From the NCBI GenBank assembly GCA_964419615.1, contig CAYQPU010000027.1:1-23675 (forward strand): DNA of 23,675 bases, written 5' to 3'. A program made the position numbers and the translations under genes. Source of the stretch: an uncultured Methanosarcinales archaeon. GTDB taxonomy: Archaea; Nanobdellota; Nanobdellia; Woesearchaeales; JAGVZT01. This document shows positions 1 through 7,709 of the stretch, in pieces. Position 1 is the stretch's first letter, and every line of letters starts with the position of its first letter. The notes beneath the pieces were generated by a model. It made no database searches. It had not been told where the DNA came from and saw nothing but the letters and a program-made list of their open reading frames with translations.

Positions 1-395
1 ACTTTTCCTTTTTGCATTTTTTGCATTTCTTGTGAGGAGAATTTAGCTTTGCCTATTGCTAAGGATTTTTGATGTGTTTCATCGACAATTACTATTAAAT
101 CACCTTGGTTAAATTCATCTATTGCTGTTATGCCCGGTCGCATTACATCTGCTCCTCCAACTATGAACTTGACTGCAGGCATATCAATTGTTACTTCTGG
201 CAAACAAGGATTTTTCATTATTTGTTTTAATGTTGGAATTATTTGTTCATTGTGATAGAAAAATGTTGGCTCATTATCAATTATTATGATCTTATCTAAT
301 AACATTACTTTGTCTTTTTTGTTTAGAGCTACTCCAAACTGCTTTATTTGCTTATTTAATTGTTTTATCTCTTTCCCAGATAGTCTTTTTCTCAT
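1..395 (-). CDS. PUA-domain RNA-binding protein (archaeal MCT-1/Tma20-like, COG2016 type), 3'-truncated by window edge
   Basis: Not in the ORF track (no stop in window). Manual translation from ATG at 395: MRKRLSGKEIKQLNKQ...LPEVTIDMPAVKFIVGGADVMRPGITAIDEFNQGDLIVIVDETHQKSLAIGKA. The DMxAVKFIxxGADVMRPGI motif is typical of this family. Start overlaps the upstream stop (ATGA, 392-395). Confidence 0.88.
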   Translation of the reverse strand, partial: MRKRLSGKEIKQLNKQIKQFGVALNKKDKVMLLDKIIIIDNEPTFFYHNEQIIPTLKQIMKNPCLPEVTIDMPAVKFIVGGADVMRPGITAIDEFNQGDLIVIVDETHQKSLAIGKAKFSSQEMQKMQKGK

Positions 396-769
396 ATGAT
401 TTCAACCGCTATTTTCTGATTTGGATTTTGAAGTTTATTAATTATGTGCAAGAAATCAGTTGCTACTTTGTCTGATTTTATTCCAAGTGTTCGATCTGAT
501 AAAAAGTTTGTTCTTCTGAATACAATTTCATTATCTGAATTAAAATCTGGATTCACAATTGCATTGCAGATGATTACTTCATTTTCAACAGATATTTTAA
601 TTTGAATTTTTTCTTTGTATAGAATTTGTTTTATTCTTTCTAAGTCAAAGTCTGCATTAACACCTACAATACAGTCTCCATTTATTGTTAGTTCTTTGTC
701 TTTTGTGAATTCAAATGTATTTTGGTGTGTTGATCGAATGTTTGGATGACCATATGCTGTGAATTTCAT
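392..769 (-). CDS. DUF371 family protein (COG2090-like)
   Basis: GHPNIRSTHQNTFEFTKDKELTINGDCIVGVNADF matches the DUF371 signature (GHxNxxxTHxxTxExTKDxxLTxxGDCIxGV). Start moved to ATG 769 (MKFTAYG); the ORF-track extension to 811 runs through the promoter region. Confidence 0.8.
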   Translation of the reverse strand: MKFTAYGHPNIRSTHQNTFEFTKDKELTINGDCIVGVNADFDLERIKQILYKEKIQIKISVENEVIICNAIVNPDFNSDNEIVFRRTNFLSDRTLGIKSDKVATDFLHIINKLQNPNQKIAVEII

Positions 770-827
770 AATGTACTGAGATCTGCAAGGTTTTTTATAT
801 GTTCCTACCATTTATAAACTATTGAAG

Positions 828-3800
828 ATGACGATGAGCTCTGAGTCAGTTGAGCCAGTAAAAGAATTAAGTTACTTAGAGGAGCTTGTATCTTATTATT
901 CAAGTTTATCAGATCTTAGTAAAGTTTCAGAATTACCTGTGCAAATTAGGGGAGTTAACAGTTTTAGAGATTATGTTGGATACTTTGCTAAGTGGCACCC
1001 AAACCTACAAGGTTTGTTAACCTCAACACTAACTGCCACCGGACCTTATTATTTTGGGCATAGGTATGATTTGGAGAAGATGGTTAATATTTTTCTATGG
1101 TCACTTTATGTTGAAGGTCTTGGTTTTTCTTTGCTTAGAGATTACGGATGGGATAAGATGGAAAGGATCAAACCGAAAACAAATAACCTTTTTGAAAAAG
1201 TTAAATTAGCCTTGATTAATAATCCCAAATTAGTTGGGATCGGTACTCAACTATCTTGGTTAGCATTTCTTAATGATAATGATCCCACATTAAAGTATAA
1301 TCCATTTTTATTGTTTGCATTCACATTTCCAGCCTATGCAGCCGGAACCTTATCAGCTCAGTTTGCAAGAAATAATGAATTGTTGAAGAGAGGATTTAAT
1401 ATGTACAGAGAAGATAATCCTCTTGAACCAAATTTTCTTAGAGATATATATAATTGGGTTTTTGAACATCCTGGCTTAACTGCAGGAATGGCTGGTATTG
1501 GAAGTTTTGCTTATTTATGGAATGATTATGCTAGCACTTGGGGGATAGCTGATGCAAATGTTGCCTTGTTAGTTGCGGTCACTGGATTAAAAGCATTAGG
1601 CATAACAACTCTTACTTATTTGGGAACAAGTGCTCTTTCCTGGTTTTTGCACACAAATAGTCTCTCCATAATAAAACATAACTCTTTGTCTGCTCTTAAT
1701 TATTTTCTTGGAGACAATGCACAAGCAATAAAACATCAAAAACATATCATGCAGATTCCAACATCAATTGAAAATGAAATTACCAATCATATTAGATTAG
1801 GCAAACTGTATCAAAAAGTGGGTAGAACTGGAGGTGCATTATTTGAGTTTGGAGAAGCAGCTCAAATCTCGGAAGGTAGACGAGAATACACTAATGTTTA
1901 CGATATGATATCCACAAATTTGTCAAAGATTAATCCCTTAAAGTTTTGGAATTATTTTAAGTACAAGCTTTATTATGGAGCTTTGGGTAAAGATAACTTT
2001 AAATCTTTGCTCCATTATCTCGGAGAGAGAGATTATGGTGTTGTAGATTTAAATCTTAGAATTCTTCTTGCAGAGGATCCAGGGAATATTGAGTATCATT
2101 TATTGTATGCAAAGCTTAATCAGGGTCTTGGTTTAGATAAAAGAGTAGAGTTTGAATTTAGAACCATAACACAATTAGTTTTAGAACAACCTGAAAATTT
2201 TTCTGTTATTGGAGAATCCAGAAATGAAGTTATGACTTATGCAGCTTCTGAATTTTTGGATAGAAACATTATTTTTAAGAGAGGAAAAAACCAAGAACAA
2301 TTACAAGAAGAGTATGAAGCAACTGCTTATTTCCGAGAAAAACTTGGAGATAGAGTAGCTAGTCCTCTTGTATTTATGGAGCATGAAGATTTGTTTTATT
2401 TTCTTTCAGAACATTCGGGTAATGAAACACTATATTCTTTAGCTATTAAGGGAGAATTAACATCAGATTTGGTTAGATCTTCTCTGGAAAGTTTAGCACT
2501 TATCCAAATAGAGGGAGAAAATGCAATGGATGTTTTAGGTATTACTAATCCTATTGATGAATCAATTTATGTTAATAGATTTGGTGAAGAATTATCTAAC
2601 CAAAATGAAGATGAATCAATTTATTTCACACATAGAATTGAAGATGTGTTTTTTGGTCAACTTGAAGATTTTTATGAGTTTGATGATAATGATCTTAAAT
2701 CTAGATTTTTGTCAGGTTTTGGATCACTAAATGAAATTTTGGTACAAGCAGACAGGACTTTGTATAAAGATTCTAATTTAAGAAATTGGGTGGTTAATAG
2801 ATTTGGAGATCTAGGAGCTATTGATTTTGAGGGACTTAGGTTAATGCCTTCACAACTAGAACTTGTTAACATATTAGAATTTGTTAATTGCTTTAGTGAT
2901 AATGAAATAGAAGAGTATCTTAGGGATTATGTTCAATTTACAGAGGATCAAACTGGAAGAGAGTTTGATTTTGATGATTTTTATATGGTTTATAGGACTG
3001 CTGCTGTTCAAAGGCATCTTGAGTTAATTGGATACAGAGCAAGAGACTTTTCAAAGTCAACTGATATGCAAAATCAAAGAGAGCAAGTTTATCACTTTAA
3101 TCGTGCGCAAGCACATCTTGATTATTTGAGAGAGCAAGGGCTGATTGCAGAAGATACTGTACATCTAGAAAGCTTAATAGAAGATCTTGAAATAATAAAA
3201 AGCACTACAGTAAAAGACACAGAGCCAACTAAGCAGCAAAACACAATCACTAAGGCTGCTGAAGAAAGGAATTGGAGACCATTAATTACTGCAGGAGTTA
3301 GCATGATTGGATTGGCCGGAGTAGTACTAGCTTCCATTATGGGTTATAGTTATTTTACAAAACAAGATGTGGTTGAGGTAAGTCCACAAGTATTTGTTGA
3401 TGTAGATAATGCAGAGAATAATGTAGGATTTATTGAAGAAAAAAACGATAGACAAATACTTAGAATTATGGAAGATTTCCAATTAACTCACCAAATAGAA
3501 AATGTAATCGGTGATTTTTCATGGTCTCCAGATAGAAGACAGATTGTTTTTCAGCAAGGACAGGATCAATGGTTTGTTTTGGATGTTAAAAGTGGGGAAC
3601 AAACAAAGATAATTGATTACGAAGGTTTTACAAGGCCAAAATGGAGTCCGGATGGGAAAAAGATTGCCTTTCATTTAGACCCAGATGAATTTAATAGTTT
3701 GGTCTTAATTTATAGCTTTGATATGCATGATGTTATGCTTCCCCCAGCAGGATATGATTTTTTTAATTATAATCCAGTATGGTCACTTGACAGCAAGCAA

Positions 3801-4451
3801 CTGGCATTCCTTTCACAAGATCTTGATATTTGGGGAGAGCCAGTCGCATTCTTAGGTAAAATAAATCTTGATGGATCTAAATTTGAAACGAGGCCTGATT
3901 GGAGATTGCATGATAATGCTATTGCTTGGTCGCCTGATGGAAAAGGAATTGTTTTTTCCTCTGATAAAGATGGAGACAATGATCTGTATTTAACAGATGG
4001 TAATCTAACTAGTGCACACAAGATTTTTATTACAACAGCAGATGAAGATTACGAATTTTTTTATATTTCAGATGATCAAATTGTTTTAAGATCCAACTTA
4101 AAAATAAATAATCCAGAAGGAGATTATGAAATATTCTTAGTTGAACCAGAACAATCTTTTATTGACAATTTAACACGTAATGAAATTGACGAAACTTATG
4201 TTGGAGGAGTTTCACCAGATCAGAGCAAACTGTTGTTTGGTAATGGTGATGTTATGTTGTTTGATTTAGAACAGCATGAGCTAGTTAACTTAACAAATAG
4301 TCCTAAAATCAATGAAAGTAGGGCAATATGGACTCCAGGTGGAGATATAATTTATGTCTCTGGTAACACAATATTTACAATGGACACAAATGGAGACAAT
4401 AAAAGAGCTATTGCAGTTAGAATGAATGTTATTGAAGATACTCTGAAATAA
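828..4451 (+). CDS. Large multidomain membrane protein: N-terminal hydrophobic region, TPR-like helices, APH/choline-kinase-like phosphotransferase domain, single TM helix, TolB-like (PD40) beta-propeller
   Basis: Kinase-like motifs IGESRNEV, IIFK (K486), QEEYE, YKDSNLRN (D650/N655) and AIDFE (D668), numbered from 822. TM PLITAGVSMIGLAGVVLASIMGYSYF (~aa 820-845). About six WSPD-type repeats (FSWSPDRRQIVF, PKWSPDGKKIAF, PVWSLDSKQLAF, IAWSPDGKGIVF, GVSPDQSKLLF, AIWTPGGDIIY). Start uncertain (TTG 822, ATG 828 or ATG 834). Confidence 0.72.
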   Translation: MTMSSESVEPVKELSYLEELVSYYSSLSDLSKVSELPVQIRGVNSFRDYVGYFAKWHPNLQGLLTSTLTATGPYYFGHRYDLEKMVNIFLWSLYVEGLGFSLLRDYGWDKMERIKPKTNNLFEKVKLALINNPKLVGIGTQLSWLAFLNDNDPTLKYNPFLLFAFTFPAYAAGTLSAQFARNNELLKRGFNMYREDNPLEPNFLRDIYNWVFEHPGLTAGMAGIGSFAYLWNDYASTWGIADANVALLVAVTGLKALGITTLTYLGTSALSWFLHTNSLSIIKHNSLSALNYFLGDNAQAIKHQKHIMQIPTSIENEITNHIRLGKLYQKVGRTGGALFEFGEAAQISEGRREYTNVYDMISTNLSKINPLKFWNYFKYKLYYGALGKDNFKSLLHYLGERDYGVVDLNLRILLAEDPGNIEYHLLYAKLNQGLGLDKRVEFEFRTITQLVLEQPENFSVIGESRNEVMTYAASEFLDRNIIFKRGKNQEQLQEEYEATAYFREKLGDRVASPLVFMEHEDLFYFLSEHSGNETLYSLAIKGELTSDLVRSSLESLALIQIEGENAMDVLGITNPIDESIYVNRFGEELSNQNEDESIYFTHRIEDVFFGQLEDFYEFDDNDLKSRFLSGFGSLNEILVQADRTLYKDSNLRNWVVNRFGDLGAIDFEGLRLMPSQLELVNILEFVNCFSDNEIEEYLRDYVQFTEDQTGREFDFDDFYMVYRTAAVQRHLELIGYRARDFSKSTDMQNQREQVYHFNRAQAHLDYLREQGLIAEDTVHLESLIEDLEIIKSTTVKDTEPTKQQNTITKAAEERNWRPLITAGVSMIGLAGVVLASIMGYSYFTKQDVVEVSPQVFVDVDNAENNVGFIEEKNDRQILRIMEDFQLTHQIENVIGDFSWSPDRRQIVFQQGQDQWFVLDVKSGEQTKIIDYEGFTRPKWSPDGKKIAFHLDPDEFNSLVLIYSFDMHDVMLPPAGYDFFNYNPVWSLDSKQLAFLSQDLDIWGEPVAFLGKINLDGSKFETRPDWRLHDNAIAWSPDGKGIVFSSDKDGDNDLYLTDGNLTSAHKIFITTADEDYEFFYISDDQIVLRSNLKINNPEGDYEIFLVEPEQSFIDNLTRNEIDETYVGGVSPDQSKLLFGNGDVMLFDLEQHELVNLTNSPKINESRAIWTPGGDIIYVSGNTIFTMDTNGDNKRAIAVRMNVIEDTLK

Positions 4452-5309
4452 TTACATATCTAATGTGTGTACAATCACCCCGCAAGCAATTATTAAGATC
4501 CCACCCATGATCTGTGCTAGATTAATGTTTTCTTTGAGGATTGTTAGTCCAAGTATTGTTGTTATTACTGGTGTCATCATTGACATCATGGTGAGATAAC
4601 TTGCGCTTGCAACTGATAAAGTTTTAACTAGGTATATTGCAAGGATTGCAGTAAACGTTCCTGCTAACAGCACATGAACAGGAGCAATTACTTCTAGTAG
4701 GTTTTCACCAATGAATAAGGCTGCTATTACTACAATTACAAGAGCAAACGTTATTCTAGCCCAAGTTATTATTGCTGGACTGACTTTGGCAGTTAATTTT
4801 TTCTGAATAATATTTGCGCTAGCAAAACCAAATGCTGCGACCACTGTTAGAAGATCGCCTAGTTTTGGGATAATTAGTTTTCCTCCAGTTGTGATTAAAT
4901 AAGCTCCGATTGTGAATATTATTAACAATAGAATTTTTTGTTTGGTTAATTTCTCTTTTAAAAACATGTATGCAAGCAAGATAGTAAAGATCATTGCACT
5001 TTTGATTATAAATCCATAATTGATTGAAGAAGTAAGTTTTAATCCGTAGATTCCTGCGATGTAAGCAATACCAACAAAAAATCCAATTCCAATCATTCCT
5101 TTGGCTAGACGTAGATTGATTTGTTTGAAGTCCTGTTTTTTTGTTAGAAGAATAACTAGTGTGAGAATCAATGCACTTACTAAATTTGTTTGAACAGTGT
5201 ATGGAAAAGGTTTTGTTCCAAGGTTTAAACCGTGCTTGTTAACCAAGATGTTTAGAGCCCAGCTTATTGAAAATATTGATACATACAAAAGCTTCTTATC
5301 AACTTTCAT
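4452..5309 (-). CDS. DMT/EamA family transporter
   Basis: 285 aa with ~10 hydrophobic helices in two repeats; motifs YGLKLTSSINYGFIIKSAMIFTILLAYMFLKEKL and PVITTILGLTILKENINLAQIMGGILII typical of EamA. Confidence 0.88.
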   Translation of the reverse strand: MKVDKKLLYVSIFSISWALNILVNKHGLNLGTKPFPYTVQTNLVSALILTLVILLTKKQDFKQINLRLAKGMIGIGFFVGIAYIAGIYGLKLTSSINYGFIIKSAMIFTILLAYMFLKEKLTKQKILLLIIFTIGAYLITTGGKLIIPKLGDLLTVVAAFGFASANIIQKKLTAKVSPAIITWARITFALVIVVIAALFIGENLLEVIAPVHVLLAGTFTAILAIYLVKTLSVASASYLTMMSMMTPVITTILGLTILKENINLAQIMGGILIIACGVIVHTLDM

Positions 5310-5374
5310 AACAACATTATATTTCCATCTACTATTTATCTTTTATTGTTTATTTATTCTTACAGAACAAACAG

Positions 5375-5863
5375 TTATGTCGGCGTTTTACCAAAAAGTT
5401 TGTCTATTTCATGCTTTTCATAGCCAAACCTTAATTCCAAATAATCTGGACAATTACCTTGTAGATCTTTCATTAGTAAATCAATGTCTAATTCAGAAAA
5501 TCTTCCAGATATTTTATCGACATAAAAAGGAATAATTCTATTATCAACAATTATACGGTGTTCACAATCAAATCCACCGATTGAATCAATTCTTTCTGGG
5601 TCTAGTCCAGCGCTAACCAATTTACGGATAAAGACATCCAGTGTAGCTGCATGACCAAGCAATCCCTCTTTATCCACAGATATATTTCTTTCTGTTGTTA
5701 AGGAAATTGTATAAGGATGTGGAACAACATCTCTCTGTGATTCTGCAATTATGTAATGAATCCTATTTTCAAATTCAATTTGAAGACCACAATAACCTGA
5801 ACCTTTGTTAACCTTCATTTCTTCCAATGTTGGCCAAATAAATTGTGGGATTTTGTCTTTCAT
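5375..5863 (-). CDS. Hypothetical soluble protein (weak by-eye resemblance to Janus/Ocnus/PHPT1 fold)
   Basis: 162 aa ORF filling the gap between two genes, with a TATA-like element upstream on the minus strand. Function not established. Confidence 0.6.
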   Translation of the reverse strand: MKDKIPQFIWPTLEEMKVNKGSGYCGLQIEFENRIHYIIAESQRDVVPHPYTISLTTERNISVDKEGLLGHAATLDVFIRKLVSAGLDPERIDSIGGFDCEHRIIVDNRIIPFYVDKISGRFSELDIDLLMKDLQGNCPDYLELRFGYEKHEIDKLFGKTPT

Positions 5864-5956
5864 ACTTATTAGAAATGTACATAAAATATAAATAAATTGC
5901 CAATTAAATCACATATTGAAGAATAGTTTTAAATATAACAAAATATTGCCACTGTT

Positions 5957-6472
5957 ATGGACAAAAAGATAGGTGTAATTCTACTGATAATTGGAGTTAT
6001 TTTAATCGGAACAATTTTTTCAGTAAAGCAACACAATGATAAAATTATTGAACAGTTTGTTATTGAGAAAGGTTCATGTTTTTTAGATGATGGTACTTGC
6101 CTACATAAACAAACCCTTACTGGATATATAATTGGATGGATTATAGCTGCAATCATATTGTCTCTTGGGCTTTATATACTATTTTTTGAAAAATCACAAA
6201 AAGAGATAGTTAGTGCTCTAGGTAAACAAAAACAAATAAAAGTTGATGAGGAAAAGTTTGAAATTTTACTAAAAGGTCTTTCTGGTGAAGAAAAAAAGGT
6301 TATTAAAGCTGTTAAAGAACAAGACGGGATAACTCAGCAGACCCTTAGACTAAGGACTGATTTACATAAATCCAAGTTAAGCATTGTTTTGGATGGTCTT
6401 GAGAAAAAAGATCTTATTTCTAGAAAACCAGCTGGCAAGACAAAGAAAGTTTTTATAAAAACTGCTTTGTAA
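5957..6472 (+). CDS. Membrane-anchored winged-helix (MarR-like) transcriptional regulator, COG2512-like
   Basis: Two TM helices (aa ~5-22, ~56-77) and C-terminal wHTH LSGEEKKVIKAVKEQDGITQQTLRLRTDLHKSKLSIVLDGLEKKDLISRKPAGKTKKVFI. TATA-like TTTAAATA at 5928-5935. Confidence 0.82.
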   Translation: MDKKIGVILLIIGVILIGTIFSVKQHNDKIIEQFVIEKGSCFLDDGTCLHKQTLTGYIIGWIIAAIILSLGLYILFFEKSQKEIVSALGKQKQIKVDEEKFEILLKGLSGEEKKVIKAVKEQDGITQQTLRLRTDLHKSKLSIVLDGLEKKDLISRKPAGKTKKVFIKTAL

Positions 6473-6490
6473 ACGATTAAACCTTAAGAT

Positions 6491-6545
6491 TTAGCTATTT
6501 CAAGCTGTTTGGGGGGTACAGTTTCAGGGCTAATTTATTTATTAT
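6491..6545 (+). promoter_or_regulatory. Candidate operator (pseudo-palindrome around a G6 tract) plus weak TATA for the copper operon
   Basis: TTAGC (6491-6495)/GCTAA (6529-6533) and AAGCTGT (6502-6508)/ACAGTTT (6518-6524) are inverted arms around GGGGGG (6511-6516). TTTATTTA at 6534-6541 lies 24 nt before ATG 6566. Confidence 0.4.
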
Positions 6546-6565
6546 TTCTATATTTTCTTCTAATT

Positions 6566-7276
6566 ATGGTAAACAAAAATTGTTGTTCAAATTCAAAAAA
6601 ACAAAAAGAAGATAAGGGTTTTTTAGCTGGATTAATGTATGGATTACTACCTCACACAGGTTGTATTGCATTTATAATATTCTCCATATTGGGAATAACT
6701 ACTGCAACTGCTTTTTTCAAGCCGTTGCTAATGAGTCGATTTTTCTTTTATGGCCTAATATTAATGTCAATTGGTTTTGCAACTTTATCAGCAGCCATAT
6801 ATCTAAGGAAAAATGGAATGCTATCAGTTGATGGAATCAAGAAGAAAAAAGGATATTTATCAATATTGTATGGAAGTTCAATTGCCATTAATCTATTATT
6901 GTTTTTGGTAATCTTTCCTATTGCAGCTAATGTTTCTGCTTTCCCAACAGGATCAGTAGTTGGTGGTTCTGATATGAGGTTAAAAGTTGATATTCCATGC
7001 CCAGGTCATGCACCATTGATTACTGAAGAGCTAAAGACTATACAAGGAGTACAATCTGTAAAGTTTGCTTTTCCAAATAATTTTGATGTAATTTATGATT
7101 CATCCACTGATCAAAACGAGATTTTGGGATTAGCAGTGTTTGATACTTATTCTGCCACAAAAGTATCTGGCGGAGAATTAGAACAGGCTGCCGAAAAGAA
7201 CACAGCTGCTGTACCTAGTGGTTGTGGAAGTTGTGGTGGGTGTAGTGGAGCCTGTGGTGGAAGTTGTGGAGGTTAA
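6566..7276 (+). CDS. MerT/MerC-like 3-TM membrane protein fused to an HMA-like domain (CPGH) with a Cys/Gly-rich tail
   Basis: Start moved to ATG 6566 (MVNKNCC). TM1 carries PHTGC. After TM3 comes an HMA-like segment RLKVDIPCPGHAPLITEELKTIQGVQSVKF..FDVIYD, and the tail is GCGSCGGCSGACGGSCGG. Confidence 0.7.
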   Translation: MVNKNCCSNSKKQKEDKGFLAGLMYGLLPHTGCIAFIIFSILGITTATAFFKPLLMSRFFFYGLILMSIGFATLSAAIYLRKNGMLSVDGIKKKKGYLSILYGSSIAINLLLFLVIFPIAANVSAFPTGSVVGGSDMRLKVDIPCPGHAPLITEELKTIQGVQSVKFAFPNNFDVIYDSSTDQNEILGLAVFDTYSATKVSGGELEQAAEKNTAAVPSGCGSCGGCSGACGGSCGG

Positions 7277-7277
7277 G

Positions 7278-7709
7278 ATGAATAGACAAACAATAATATT
7301 TGTTTTTTTAATTGGATTGATGATTTTGACAGGTTGTGGCGTAACTGGAAATGTAGTTGATCAACAAGATTATGTAAGTATTCCATTAGCTGATTTGTCA
7401 AGCAAGGCTAATTTTTATGAGTATGATGATAGTGGTGTTGCAATTAGGTATTTTGCTGTTTTAGGGTCAGATGGAAATCCTAGAACTGCTTTTGATGCCT
7501 GTGATGTTTGTGGTGGTTATAAGGGATATAGTCAACAAGGTGATGATATGGTGTGTAATAATTGTGGATTGCATTTTAGCATAGATGATCTTGGGACTAA
7601 GAATTATGGTGGAGGATGCTGGCCTAGCCATTTACAACATGAAGTTAAAGGAGATTCTCTTATAATCAAGGTTACTGATTTAGCAGAGGGGAGGATCAGA
7701 TTTCAATGA
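7278..7709 (+). CDS. DUF2318/FtrD-like iron-sulfur-containing protein with lipoprotein-type signal
   Basis: AFDACDVC...GYSQQGDDMVCNNCGLHF...GGGCWP matches DUF2318. Signal ends ILTG-C. Start moved to ATG 7278, preceded by SD GGAGGT (7268-7273). Confidence 0.82.
   Translation: MNRQTIIFVFLIGLMILTGCGVTGNVVDQQDYVSIPLADLSSKANFYEYDDSGVAIRYFAVLGSDGNPRTAFDACDVCGGYKGYSQQGDDMVCNNCGLHFSIDDLGTKNYGGGCWPSHLQHEVKGDSLIIKVTDLAEGRIRFQ

Noticed and set aside
2672-4021. Minus-strand ORFs 2672-2872, 3122-3337 and 3767-4021
   Set aside because: Fully antisense to the 1209 aa gene with no recognisable motifs; shadow ORFs.
3500-4451. Calling the large gene tolB
   Set aside because: Only the propeller repeats resemble TolB. 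There is no TolB N-domain or tol-pal context, and the organism is archaeal.
5895-5905. 11 bp palindrome AATTG-C-CAATT in the divergent promoter region
   Set aside because: Short and AT-rich, with no second copy seen; plausible by chance.
5197-6156. ORFs 5197-5535 (+) and 5929-6156 (-)
   Set aside because: They overlap better-supported genes on the opposite strand and have no motifs or promoter support.
6505-6521. CsoR-type operator (GGGGGTA half-site) or LexA SOS box (CTGT...ACAG)
   Set aside because: No matching TACC half-site and no csoR gene. The CTGT-ACAG spacing is 9 rather than 8 and the host is archaeal. Kept only as a generic candidate operator.
7220-7276. Cys/Gly tail as a SCIFF/ranthipeptide-like RiPP precursor
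   Set aside because: Cys spacing is similar, but it is the tail of a membrane protein and no radical SAM maturase is in the window.
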